From contig OZ024743.1 in assembly GCA_964016885.1 (NCBI GenBank), forward strand, positions 102,486,001 through 102,550,000: a stretch of DNA of 64,000 bases. The letters are read 5' to 3'. The first letter of the stretch is position 1, and every line of letters begins with the position of its first letter. Source of the stretch: Eledone cirrhosa. Its lineage: Eukaryota. The translations under genes and the position numbers were made by a program. The notes under the pieces are model-generated. The model was not told the DNA's origin, ran no database searches, and saw only the letters and a list, made by a program, of their open reading frames with translations. Below, in pieces: positions 1 through 13,109 of the stretch.

Positions 1-1734
1 ATATACAATATACAAAAGTGTTGAAAACAGAACTTATAGTTAACATGTTATCTACAACTGGTATAGTTTTATTTTTGAACAACTTTAGTTCCTTTTATTG
101 AAGGCTGGCTTTCGTATGATATAATGTTCATTAAATCTAAAATATGGAATAAATCAAATATTATCAATATTCCCGTATAAACGGTATAACAAATTATGGT
201 TCCCGCAACTAAAACAACGATAATGTAAACTGTTATTATCTCTATGAAAAAATACTATAACTTATTATTAACCCATTTAAATATTATCAAAATTGAAAAT
301 GTATAGAAGTTTTCAAAATACGTTAATCAATTTAATCAATTGACTGCACTTCTGTCTTTTTGTTGCCTTTCAAATATATTAGCTTTCACATAGGCTTTCT
401 ACCATTGATATCATTGACTCCAAGCGAACAACTACCAACATATTGATTTTCTAAGTAACTTCAGAAAAATAAATTTCATATTTATTCCTTCTTTTCTTGA
501 TGTACAACGTTTCATTCAATAAATGTTTGTTCTGTATCAGGTAGCGAGTTATTATATTTAGCAGCCACTAACAAACAATAGGAAGCTATCCATCTCTCTA
601 GCTTGAAATTCCAGCATTAATGTCACTCTAGAAACAGTCTATTACGGAGAATATAATGTTAAATCATTGCTTATTGACATTGTTTTAGCACTGGGTTTTC
701 TCAACAAATTATCTTCAGTAACAACTACTGTAATTGTAATAATTTCATAAGGATGAATTGTTAGAAATATATTCAAAGAATTCCATTCGCTGTTAGCAAG
801 AGAATTTGGTCTTAGTTATTCTAACATTGCATAATTGTCGTATGCGACATCTACTTTTATTTGCTATCTTATATTCCTAATTATTGGTTTTTGCAGAGGC
901 AAAGGAGCAATGCTTTAAACTGTGATAAATATAGTATTTAGAATTGACTCCTTTATATTATTCCAACGTATTTTACTGTAGAGTGTTTCATATACTATTT
1001 ATGATAATACCATCACTAAATTTCACTACATTTCTAGTACTTCAACATTCTTAAAGGTAATTGGATTGAGTTCTGTGTCCAGCTTAGTGGAGTTGTAGTT
1101 ATTTCAGAAGGAGGAAAACTTCAAAATTATAATATAGAAAATTGACATTTTCAGAAAACCTGCCGTCTATATATTCGCCAATGAAAAAAGATGAAAGCAA
1201 TTATATAACATACAAAATTTTATTTTTATTAGGTTTATAAACTTTAAATATTTTATGTTTCTTCCTAGCAGAAATTTATCTACATTTTCTAAATTCAGAA
1301 ATGGGCAACTATTTTTATATATCAGTTTTACTTATGATATATTTTTTGAAGGTTTTATCGATTTGATTTAATAGTTTTATTTCCATAATCCCATCAATCT
1401 CTTAATTTTTTTGTCTTTATTGTATTATCTATCTTTAGATATTGTTGCTATTTCGGTGGGATATTTGACAAAAAATTTGGTTCTGAACTTTTTCATCTTT
1501 CAATATAGCTAGGATTTGTCTTGTTGCTATATCAATGGTTTTTCCGGCAAGATATTATTGCTTTAAAAACATTTTATTTTATTACTTACTTTTTATTACT
1601 ATTATTAAAAAGGTATTTCATGGATTTGTTATATATATTATTATAAGAGCTTTTAGAACACCATAGGACATCTTTTCGAAGACTTGGAACGAACTATATT
1701 AATACCATCATCTCTTATCAAAATGCATTATTAT

Positions 1735-1843
1735 TTCTGAGTTCAAATCCCGCCGAGGTTAACTTTGCCTTTCATCCTTACGGGGTCGATAAAATAAAGT
1801 ACCAGTAATGCTGGCCTTGTGCCAAAAGTAGAAACAATTATTA
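1735..1843 (+). mobile_element. SINE family A, 5'-truncated copy
   Basis: Contains the core gagttcaaatcccgccgaggttaactttgcctttcatccttacggggtcgataaaataaagtaccagt and the tail ggccttgtgccaaaagtagaaacaattatt, both repeated many times in the window; GAGTTCAAATCC resembles a Pol III B-box. Confidence 0.85.
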
Positions 1844-3244
1844 TGAGAATAATAAGCGCAACGAATGTCTAATGCGACCTCTTTGGTTTCGCTTAAGCCT
1901 CATTTCTAGACATAATGTCTGTCATTTCCCTTCAATCTTTGTTGAAGTATATTTTGATATTTATTATAAAACATTGACATTCTGATATCTTACCAATATC
2001 CATTCTTTAGTCAGGATATGAATAACAAAGATGAAATAGTGGAAAGGTATTGAATTATATACTATGAACCTGGTCATTTTATTGGCGGAAATCGTTGTAT
2101 CTTCTTTAATAGTCTGGAACCATATGCTCAGGAGAAATCAATATATTTACCTATTTAATACGGGGAAAGCTATGTTAAACTGAGAAGAAAGAAAATATAA
2201 CATGGTGAAATTAGGAATAATTATTTTATAAGCATTAAGTATAAAACTGCTTACTGGAATATTTTAGTGTACTAAATTTTACATCGTATAATGTAATATT
2301 GAGAAAAAAGACCATTTCGTTTTCAGTTTTCATAACGTTTATTGCTACATTACTCTAATTTTCTACCTTCTACGTTTTATTATTTTTGCTTACTTTACTA
2401 CTTTGTTGTATATACAAATTGGACATTGAAAACCTTCCCATATACATCTTATCAAGACATATCGATTTGCAAGTTAGTTGTTTGACAAGAAACTACTATG
2501 TGAAAGACAAGAAATATGCTAAAAACAAAATTTCCATTCAACAAATTGAATTCTGTAAAATAAAGCATGGCCAAATGAACAGTGATGTAAAACATACCGG
2601 AACATTTTGGAATATGTAACTAAAATACAAAACAAAAAACCTGTCAAAGCGCAGTCACAGACTTGTGTAGAGCAAATGTATATTTGTAATTACATATATA
2701 TTCTTAACGGTTTCATAGTATTCCAATAGCTATTCGTTTGTTTCTGTTTCCAAATTTCCACAAGAATAGTTACATCTTATCATGGTGTAAGATATCTTCT
2801 CAATTTACATTAGTGTAAATAACAAAGATTCCTAAATACCATCTCATCATAAACATAAGTATAAACATACAATTTGGACAAGTTTCTTGCTCGTCTATGA
2901 TGTTGTCTAGCCAATGTTAGCCATGACTTATCAAACACATTGCAGCTACTAACCATATCTATGTTTCATGTATAGTGTACATAGGATTACATTATCAAGT
3001 GCATCTATTTCTCTTTCAATTCGTTAGAGTGTGATATGTGGAAGGTATGTCTACTATATTTTAACTCGCTATTTTACTATCCAGATATTTCTTCAGAGGT
3101 TCATCGCACAATTACATTATCATATTTAGACACGAGAATGATATATAACTGAGTTGCGATTTTGACAGAAAATACTATTATAGAGAGAGAAACATTAAAG
3201 TTTACATTTTTGTTTCGATTTCACTTCCTATAAACCGCTAACGA

Positions 3245-3545
3245 GGGGTGTAAATTGGCAGAGTCGTTAGAATGTCTTTGTGTTATACATTCTGGCTTTC
3301 TGCGGCCTGATTTCAAGTAACAACGAAGCCAAATGTGACTTACAGCATTTAGAGGTCGACAAAAACAAGTACCAGTCCAATACTGGGTCGATACATTTTT
3401 CTCACTTCCTTTCAATCTCTATATACCGTGGAAGACATCGGCTGTTCGAACCTAGAGTGAGATGGACTCCACCAGGGTTAAAATGCCGAAGACAAGCTGT
3501 ATAACGCTATGGCGCCCCTACAGCTCTTAACGGGAATTACAGGAG
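3245..3545 (+). mobile_element. Old SINE: decayed family-A-like head and core plus an alternative 3' tail
   Basis: Decayed ttggcaga...gaggtcgacaaaaacaagtaccagt followed by the tail ctgttcgaacc...gatggactccaccagggttaaaatgcc, also seen near 4.9 kb and 7.8 kb. Confidence 0.55.
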
Positions 3546-3578
3546 TTCCTATGAATATTAATTCGCTTTACACATAAT

Positions 3579-3763
3579 TGTTTCTACTTTAGGCACAAGG
3601 CCAGCAATTACCCAGTACATTACTGGTACTTTATTTTATCGACCCCGTAAGGATGAAAGGCAAAGTTAACCTCGACGGGATTTTAACTCAGACTGTAAAG
3701 GGACGTAACTATGCTAGAAAGCATGGCGTCCAACCCTCTACCGATACTGCCAATTCACCGCCC
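3579..3763 (-). mobile_element. SINE family A, full length, with 18-bp target-site duplication
   Basis: Reverse complement of the full SINE; attcgctttacacataat flanks it at 3561-3578 and 3764-3781. Confidence 0.9.
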
Positions 3764-4689
3764 ATTCGCTTTACACATAATGATTTCTAACTTATATACA
3801 AGGTCAGCAATCTTGGGAGAAAGGCTAAGTTGATGAAATCAACTCTAGTATTTGACCGGTAATTCATGTTTGGACCATGGAAGTATGAAAATCAATGTTG
3901 AACTTTTCTGCAGTTGAATTCAGAATGTAAAGAGTCGGAACAGATATCGCTTCGTGGTTTTGACAATTCGATATTATAGAAATGTGTAACTTGTCTTTCA
4001 TGATAGGAATTGTCATAGGAGAAAACAAATGGATACTTTTTAACAATGAACTGAAAGCAACATGAAGTGAGTATAGTATATTAGAAATTCTGTAATGCGC
4101 TAGGCTTCTGATTTGTAATTGATTGTATTCCATCTCTGATGCAGCAGTGTGTTAAATTTAAAATACTTAATTCTGTAATCATTCCCCAATCTTGCAGCAA
4201 ATTCGCTCTATGCCTAAATATCAGTTACAATCGAAAGCAAGACACGTTCTCTATACGTGGCCCGTGCTTTAGTTAGCCTGAACGATTGTGTTTATATAAA
4301 CCACGTATTTTGCTTAAAACGTATACAGAAGGTTTTTACTAGTGCTTAATGATCCATTCATAAGGCTCATTTTACAATAACAGCTTTGCACTTCTAAAAT
4401 AATGTATATTTCACTAGATATAATTTCAGAAAACACCTAAATATGTCACGAGTTCTCACATTTACTTTTCGTTAAAAGACAAACGGTATTCGTCATTGAT
4501 TAATATAGTTCTATTACCTTTCTAATGTTCTCTGTTTTTAATGTTTTACAACTAACTTATTATTATTATATCATCAGTACAGTGATCAAACTTGCCTGGA
4601 ACTCTAGGATGGTTGAGTGGCACTTATTCTAAATTGCTTAAATCGGGTAACTGATTTCGGGGCTATTTACAATGAAAATTGTGTGAAAG

Positions 4690-4840
4690 TTGGGTAAATC
4701 GCTTTGTAGTATTCATTCCAGCTCTGTGAATCCAAATCCCGCCGAGATTCCCATTGCTTTTCATCTTTACGAGGTCGATAAAATAGTGCCATTCTGGTAC
4801 TGGAGCCGATTATTCCGGTTTATATATTTATCACTACCAC

Positions 4841-4893
<53 letters not shown>

Positions 4894-5012
4894 CCTGGAA
4901 AAAATTGACTGTTCAAACACGACGTGGGGATGGGCTCTGCCAGATTTAATGCCTCTAAGAAACGCTATATATAATGACAGTGCCCTGACAACTCCAACAG
5001 GAGCTACGGATC
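4690..5012 (+). mobile_element. Old SINE with internal (CT)n and the alternative tail
   Basis: Core aaatcccgccgag...tttcatctttacgaggtcgataaaatag; (CT)n at about 4846-4890; tail similar to 3430-3545. Confidence 0.55.
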
Positions 5013-5062
5013 CATACATACATCATTGATATTAACGCTTTTAATTTCGTTAATAGGGAAAA

Positions 5063-5657
5063 TGCGGTTGATTGGCAGAATTGGTAGAGGGTTGGACATG
5101 CTTTCCAGCATAGTTATGTCCCTTTACGATCTGAGTTCAAATCCCGTCAAGGTTAACTTTGCCTTTCATCCTTACGAGGTCGATAAAATAAAGTACCAGT
5201 AATGTACTGGGTAATTGCTGGCCTTGTGCCGAAAGTAGAAACAATTATTAATATTAGGACGGTGGATTGGCAGTATCGGTAGAGGGTCGGACGGCATGCT
5301 TTGACGCACAGAGTTACGGCCCTTGCCATTCTGTGTTCAAATCCTGCCGAGGTTGGCTTTGCCTTTCATCCTTACGGGCTCGATAAAATAAAGTACCTGT
5401 AATGCACTGGGTAATTGCTGGCCTTGTGCCAAAAGTAGAAACAATTATTAATATTAGGTGGATTGGCAGTATCGGGTAGAGGGTCGGACGCCATGCTTTG
5501 ACGCATAGAGTTAGGGCCCTTGCCCTTCTGAGTTGAAATCCAGCCGGGGTTAACTTTGCCTTTCATTCTTACGGGGTCGATAAAATAAAGTACCAGTAAT
5601 TCACTGGGTATTTGCTGGCCTTGTGCCAAAAAATAGAAACAATTATTAATATTAGGT
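5063..5657 (+). mobile_element. Three head-to-tail SINE family A copies
   Basis: Three units of about 195-200 bp, each ending agaaacaattattaatattagg. Confidence 0.9.
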
Positions 5658-6778
5658 AAACATTTTCTAGGAAGTTGAGTTATTTAATCTGATTTCCCCT
5701 GGGCCTAGATAGCTTTTCCTTTATCAACATATGCCTCAAAATAGAATTCACTCGTGAATAAACATTTATTATTTTTCTTATTTTTCATTTAGCTCAAATA
5801 TCATACGGATTGATCAGATTTGGTTTCAGACCGATCGAATGTTTTCAATTAATAATATTTTAAGTTTTAAGTTCATTTCGTTAATGTTTTAGGGATGAAA
5901 ACATTTGTTTTAATATTTTCTTTTAAATATTTCTGCTTTTGGCAACATTAAGAAGTTTTGTAAACGTTAAAACTTTCTCATTAAACATTATATTTTATAA
6001 TTGTTGACAGTAGTACGAATAATATTTGTTTTGTGTAAACAACAATAAATAGCTGTCGAGCAACAATTTTAATCTTTGCATTTGAGATTCGTTCATTAGC
6101 AAACGTAAAATAGAATACCTAAAATTTCAGAAACTTTTTAGTTTAAATTGGAATTTCGTTCATTCATTATAGAAATATGTTAATTTTTATGCAATGAGAA
6201 TTATAATGTTTTGGTATTAAGTTCTCAAGAGTTTAAAATATATTTTCGGTGTATGAAAAATATATATTGAATACATTTAACTAAGCATAAAATCAGATTG
6301 TGGAGTTAACTGAAGCATTCGTCTGATTCAGTCTATATTGTTAATTATTTTATCAACTATCTGATGGACAAAATCAATATTGTCGCAATCATTCGGACCT
6401 TAAATTCGGAAATAAGTGACGCGCCGAACTACCAAATTTATATCAAACGAAACAAACAAATTGTGTTAACTAGACGTTCGTTGTAGGTTGTGTAATATGC
6501 AGTGAGGCATATACTAACGTATCTATAGAGCTGTTAAGGCATATGCAATAACAATATTCTTATTAGGTATATTTGGCATAAATTGATGAATGATAAAGAA
6601 ATGCAAGAACGGTAAGAAGGAATCTGTTTTACTCTCACTTACGTTATCTTTACGCCCCTTTATATCTGTATACACCTCTATATTTTCCTGCATGCATTGG
6701 CGCTCTAAAACATTTCAATATATATATATATAAATATATGAAGTATTTCCGTAGTAAGGGTAAAGGAAAGGAGCTATT

Positions 6779-6994
6779 TAATTATGTAATAAACAACATA
6801 AGACAATTATTCCATTTACCAAAGGTTTCACGAAGACAGGCGAGCTCAACAGAGACGTATGAAATCGGTCATCAGAATGAGCATTTAAATTTTCATTCTG
6901 ATGATCGATTTCATACGTCTCTGTTGAGCTCGTCTGCCTTCGTGAAACCTCTGTTAAATGAAATAATTGTCTTATGTTGTTCATTACATAATTA
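6779..6994. repeat. Inverted repeat (arms of about 100 bp) with a hammerhead in each arm
   Basis: 6779-6880 is the reverse complement of 6893-6994; this is why the ORF track shows near-identical peptides on opposite strands here. Confidence 0.92.
6891..6963 (+). ncRNA. Putative hammerhead ribozyme (mirror copy at 6810-6881, -)
   Basis: tttcatt-CTGATGA-long stem II-GAAA-cctctg-TTA-aatgaaa; the minus copy reads GAAA-CC-TTT-GG-TA-aatgg. Stem II pairing is weak. Confidence 0.6.
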
Positions 6995-7544
6995 GAGAGA
7001 GAGAGAGAGAGGGAGAGAGAGAGAGTTATGTGTGTGTTTTGCAGCGTTTATATTTGTATTTGCGACGGCATCCTTGTCCCATCAACTAATGATTCGACAA
7101 CGAGTTCAATGAAACAAGCACCTTAACGATATATCTAATGGGCTTGATATTATTGACTTTAATGCGGTGCCCACATTCAAATGACTGAAATCAGTAGAAT
7201 ACGAATTAAATGAATAATAAAATATACATTAAAATAATAAACAACTTGGACACAAAAATGAAAAAGTAGATGAATTATAAAACTAAAGTATACAAATGTG
7301 CACATGAAATATATTTGTGAAATAAAATATAAATGTTTAATGTCCATATATAATCAATAAAAAACGGTAGGAAATCGATATATGAATGAATAAAACTATA
7401 CATATCAGAGATATCGTCCCCATACTTGTTGATTTTACAATGTGCTTATTCATGATATGTTAATGACTTTTGTCTTGTCTTCTCTAACTATGTGCAGTAA
7501 TTATAGGTTATTCACAATATCATTCTAGCATGATGAAGTGACAG

Positions 7545-7870
7545 ACAGCAAATTGGCTGAATCATTGAGATGCCGGAATAAAAGCTTCATGGTATACGTT
7601 CCGGCACTCTGCACTCTGAGTTCAAACACTGCCACAACTAACGTTGCTTTTCTTGTTTTCAAGATTGATAAATAAAATACCGGTTTAATACTGGGGATGA
7701 TTCTACCTTTATACACCGTTTCTTACTTCTCATTCGCTTTATTTTTTTTTGCCATGGAAAAATGTTAATGTGTTCGGATCTGGAGAGAGATGGGCCCCAC
7801 CAAGTTCAAAATGCCAAACACTCTCCGTAAAAGACCCATGACATGGAAGGCTCACATGACTAACAGCTAT
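7545..7870 (+). mobile_element. Old SINE with the alternative tail
   Basis: ttggctgaatcattgaga...ctgagttcaaac...ttgataaataaaatacc, then the tail gatgggccccaccaagttcaaaatgcc. Confidence 0.5.
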
Positions 7871-8033
7871 GTACATTTATGTAGACACAAGGATTAACAT
7901 GTGTTCTTGGATAAGCACGTAAAAATACTGCGTCATACACATACGCACCTTTACGTTTAGCAGTAGCTCTAACATATCGTGGTTCATAATAGGGTTGTAT
8001 ATGAAGGCTTATACTATATATATACGCGCGCGC

Positions 8034-8138
<105 letters not shown>

Positions 8139-8292
8139 TATATATATAAAAATTCCATGTACGTCAATACTCATCTTTTTCGACGTCTTAGGTTCTAAAC
8201 CCCACTATCAGACTAAAATTTCTTTAGTAAAAAAAAATGCGGCGAAAGCTTCTATTTCTAATTCTAATATATAATTTATATGTATACATACA

Positions 8293-8328
<36 letters not shown>

Positions 8329-9271
8329 ACAAAATCTATAAAAACAATTGTTCATGTCTCCAGTTTTATTTCAAATTTACTCCTTCAATTATCTAAATTT
8401 CCTACAAAAACGTCAGACAAAAATCAATTTTGTTTGTTTCTTTTAGCTGAGTAAAATCAACATTGACTAGCTAAAATCAATAATCACTTTCCAAGGCCCC
8501 TTAGAAATGATATATTACAACGTCACCCCTTTTTCAGTAATTCCGGAGTCTTAGGCGATGTCAGAAATCAATAATCAAACTTACTGTACATATTAACTAT
8601 ATCATGTCAACGACAATTCATTTTAGCATGGTAGAAGCAGAACTGTTCTTATATATATTTAAATATAGATCTCATCTATACTATTTTTTCGATATACAAT
8701 GACATTCCGACTATTCGCATTTAATTACAGTTTAAATGAAGAATGAAGAATGTAACTTTTTTTAATATAATTGTTTATTTTAGTCGTTCTGATTTCAAAT
8801 CACGTCGAGGTCAACCTTGCACTTATTCGTTCCTGGGTATTATTTTCAATTATTAATAAGATCATGGGTCGATTTAATCGGTTCATCCTCCTCCTCATTC
8901 AAAACAAATTGTTGGCTTTCGGTCTAAATTAGAAACTATTGTTTTCAATCCAATCTGGGAACAATAAATTATCCATTTTTTTTAAAATATAAAAATGTTA
9001 ATGAAATTAGTTTAAAACATGACGAAACTTCGAAGATGTCTTTTCACTGATTATTCTATCTTGAGATTGATGTATCTCTATGTATGGGACTGAAAACTAT
9101 TTGTATGGTTTCTAGAAATAAATAAATATAAATTCTTCCGATTTACACTGATTATACTTATGTGAGCCCATGAATCTATCCACGAACAGTCAAATTAACT
9201 TCTAGTAGGAGACCGAGCAGATTAAAATAGCCTCCATTGCTCCCTCAAATAAAAACAAATATATGATAGTA

Positions 9272-9319
<48 letters not shown>

Positions 9320-9361
9320 GAAAACGAAAAATCAGTGATGCATTTGAACTCAAATTTATTG

Positions 9362-9486
9362 TGTGTTATAATTGTTTCGCCGGGGAGTACCCTGAAAAAA
9401 GGTGCCCAAAGAAATGAGGTTAAAAGGGTGAGATTTTATATTGTGTGGATCTGTCTGATTCCGTACCCGCTGGTTCGACGGACACA
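9362..9486 (-). ncRNA. Putative hammerhead with variant CCGUCGA core
   Basis: Minus strand: tgtgt-CCGTCGA-accagcgggtac...gtactccccggc-GAAA-caatt-ATA-acaca, then AATAAA, then (TA)n. One stem III mismatch. Confidence 0.6.
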
Positions 9487-9662
9487 TCTGTAAGAGCATT
9501 GAGTGCTCAACCGGTCTACCGCCTATCGACGCATTTTAGCTTCCACCAGACACACACACACATATATATATATGTATTAAAGAGTTAAACAAGATTCAAT
9601 GAGTACATCAAAGAATGAGATTGGAAGCACTCTACATAAAAAATAATTTTCCAGAGTTATTA

Positions 9663-9969
9663 ATATTAAAATACGAATATTAATAAAATAGATGTTCTTT
9701 TGATCAATTAAATTGTATTATACATATTTCAGAGGTACAACAGTACGTCCTCATCAGACAAAATATAATGATACATGACATACCCTGAGATGTTAAATGG
9801 TTAAGATTTAATCAAGGTAGTAAATATTAACCATTTAACATCTCAGGGTATGTCATGTATCATTATATTTTGTCTGACGAGGACGTACTGTTGTACCTCT
9901 GAAATATGTATAATACAATTTAATTGATCAAAAGAACATCTATTTTATTAATATTTGTATTTTAATATA
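9663..9969. repeat. Inverted repeat (arms of about 148 bp) with hammerheads, between (TA)n tracts
   Basis: 9663-9810 and 9821-9969 are near-perfect reverse complements. Confidence 0.95.
9867..9919 (+). ncRNA. Minimal type-I hammerhead (mirror copy at 9712-9764, -)
   Basis: attttgt-CTGACGA-gga c gtac tgtt gtac c tct-GAAA-t atgt ATA-atacaat. Confidence 0.8.
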
Positions 9970-9984
9970 TATATATATCAAAAT

Positions 9985-10820
9985 GAGAGGCATCGGACCA
10001 GAAACATCCTGTGGTATAACCCTCCTTACTCCACTGGCCTGACCACTAGTATAGCTAAGCTTTTCTTTAGAGCCTTAGACAAATGCTTCCCTTGATCAAA
10101 CAGATACTATAAAAAATTCAATAGAAATAACATCAAGCTGTCCTACTCCACAATCAGTAACATAGCTCAGAATATAGCTCAGATGAATTATAGTAGACTT
10201 AGGACAGCCCAAGGGAGGACTAGACATGGCAGAACTAATGGCAGCTCTATGGATGAACGGACTCGTACACGTGAGGTGAGTCGGGTCACCCCAACCCCTC
10301 GGAACTTACCCATAGAGCAGACAAGAACTGAGACCCGACCCCAAAGGTACCGTGGTTCCTCTGGAACTACCCAGGTCGATAACAGAAAATGTAATTGCAG
10401 GAACACCACCGCCACTTGCCCCATGGCTGGGAAATGCCTCACCAAAAACATAGTCTACGACTGTAAGGTCTCCAATCTTGATATAACTTTCAGGTATGTT
10501 GGGGCAACTGCCACTGAATTTAAGGATAGATGATATAATCACCGCCTTACCTTTAATAGATTAGATAACAAAAATAGCACGGCGCTTTCTGAATTAATCT
10601 GGAAGCTTAAACTACAGAATATAGAGCACTCCTTATCCTGGTACATAATTTGCTCATTCCAGCCAGCCTTATAACGACAGCACTGGCGTCTGTAATTTGT
10701 GTTTAGCTGAAACCTTTAATATTATTAGAGGCGGCCCCTATTAATTAGTAGGTGAGCGGATTTTTTCAGCAACTGTCAACATAGAACCTCGAAAACCTTC
10801 CGCAGGATTTTTAGAAAGTA
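9985..10820 (+). mobile_element. Penelope-like element fragment, GIY-YIG endonuclease pseudogene
   Basis: Translates RNILWYNPPY...CNCRNTTATCPMAGKCLTKNIVYDCKV...YVGATATEFKDR*YNH...TALSELIW...CNLCLAE, the usual PLE linker plus GIY-YIG domain, with stops. Confidence 0.88.
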
Positions 10821-11919
10821 ACCTACCACCAACTCCTCCCTCTCTACTTTAGCCATAGAGTTCTCTCAATAAACAGACAGTCACACACTCAGGTAGTTAG
10901 ACGACTAAGATCGTTTGCGCACTTACAAACGGTACTCGGCCTGTTTCCACAGAGTTCTCACAGCTGAGTGCACTTTAGAATACCTAGTTAGTAAATAGTT
11001 AGAATGATTACACACTCAGAATACCTGGTTAGTAAATGATTACACACTCAGGCAAGACCGATTACACGCATTTACCTTTACTTTAAGATACAGTAACCAT
11101 TGAGTTCTCTCGGTTGGGATATAGCTAGGCGTATTGCACACTCAGTTAAGACCGTTTACGCTCTCTATACATAACTCTACACCCAGTACCCGTTTGCTTT
11201 AGACATTGAGTTCCCACAGTTACGACTGGTCACGTTCCTACCGATTGAACACTACACTAGGTTTTGACATCTAACCATGGAGTGCTGACTGTTACGGATT
11301 GAACAATAATACTTACACACCATTAATGGGCCTACATACATCCTCTAGGTTTTGCTATCCTTTGTTACTTTACTTTACTTTTTGTGTTGGATAACACACC
11401 TCCATCACTCAAACGCCTATCTTAAAAGCCCAAGGGCCCATATGACAGGGGAATCGCACTTACTGATACCTTAACCCAAATACCCGACCCTACAGGGAGC
11501 CCCTTGCTGGCCTACATAGCGGTTGCTTGCACGCACAGATTTGGGGACTCGGATTCTCAATGGGACAGCGGTACATACTGAGTTCGATATGAGCTGATTG
11601 CTTGCTCTTCACATGGATGTGTATATACCTAGACATAGACTTTTTTGGACGATACGGATGTGTATATACCATAACATACACTATTTGGAGATACGGTTGT
11701 TACAATTCAATCTATACACGTATAGCAGAACACTGAACTGAACTTGCTTGCTTGTGTGTGTATGTGTGTGTGTGGGGTGGGGGTGGGGGGTGGGGGGTGG
11801 GGGGTTGTGATTGACCAAATATTTCCAATTTGTATCGTCAAATTGGGATTTAGCCAATGTAGCATTTGTTGTTTTGTAAACTAACTTTCGTTGAATGCTA
11901 TGTTGGTATATTCTTATAT

Positions 11920-12143
11920 TTATTGTTTTTTCTTTGATATCGCTTCGGTGTGTGTGAGAGTGTGTCTACCCACTGACACTAATTGTGACCGTCTATAGTT
12001 CTACAGATTTGATACTATGTTAATGTGTGTATATATATATATATTTTATTTTTTCTTTGACCTCGAGTCGGTGTGTATGGGTTTTGAGTGTGTGTGTACC
12101 CACTCACATTAACTGTGACCGACTGTATTTCTACAGATTTGAT
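11920..12143. repeat. Imperfect direct duplication of about 95 bp
   Basis: ttttttctttga...tacccact...tgtgaccg...tctacagatttgat at 11920-12013 and 12045-12143. Confidence 0.75.
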
Positions 12144-13109
12144 TGATGTCCAGCGTCTTTTGCAGCTATTGGGATATAGAAATGTGATAGTTTTATGACC
12201 TTAACTATCATGGTGGTAGAAATATGTGAAATCTAACTTGAAAATCATGAACTGTTTAGGATAAAGAATGCATAGTGGAAAATAAAAGGTCTCATATACA
12301 TAATTTAAAAAGCAAAATCAAAGAATATTGTGAGAATAGAATATGGTGGGTGTCAGAGAGGGTGGGGCAGCGTAGAAGAACCAATGATATTCGTTACTAC
12401 AGCCATTCCACTTCACGGGATTCATTCGTCTAGTGAGATGAATAGATTGTTATTCTTCCGTTATGCTGCTATCATTAGCGTGTGGGTTTATAGCTGAAGT
12501 GGGAACCATCGCATCACAGAAATTAATGCAACATCTGAAGCTCTAGAGAAATGACTAACCCTTCTTAAGTCCCCATATAGAATATATTAAGGATAATTTG
12601 AAATTTGATTTCAGTTGAGGAAAGGTTAATTTGTATCTGATAATCACGTTACTGTGAAACAAAATATTGCTTTCGGTCGTTGAAAATTACGAAAGGAAAT
12701 AAGAGGTGGTAGTTAGTACCTTAAGGAAAGAGAATATTTAATGGATTTTTATAAAAAAGCAGTTTATCAATAAATAGTTATTACTGATTACAGTCCATGC
12801 GAAGAACCTGAGATTATAATTGTCGAAGCAGAAATTTCCTTAATATGTGACGTCAGTAGAGGCGATTGGCAATTAAATAAACACTCGGCTTCTTGCGCTA
12901 TTCATCCTCTCTAACAAGCTTTAAGAGAATAGAATTTTCTTTATCTTCACACAAGTTCTTTAAACAGACACAAATTTAATGTTCCTAGAATAAGTGTTTG
13001 CAAACGCCATACGTCGCTTTACTGCATATAATCTTAACAGTATTTAATCTCTACTTTAACACAAAATATAGCGTATGCTTTACAAAAAATTTTGCTCTTC
13101 ACGGAGGTG

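Noticed and set aside
1-1700. Non-repetitive AT-rich block that might be a decayed transposon ORF
   Set aside because: No motif recognisable by eye; TBLASTX or a Dfam search is needed.
5063-5657. Regular repeats suggestive of a CRISPR array
   Set aside because: Units are about 200-bp SINEs with no unique spacers, the context is eukaryotic, and no cas genes are present.
6738-6995. Near-identical peptides on opposite strands (also at 35-36, 48.4-48.8 and 55.4/56.3 kb)
   Set aside because: A consequence of inverted repeats, not paired genes or toxin-antitoxin modules.
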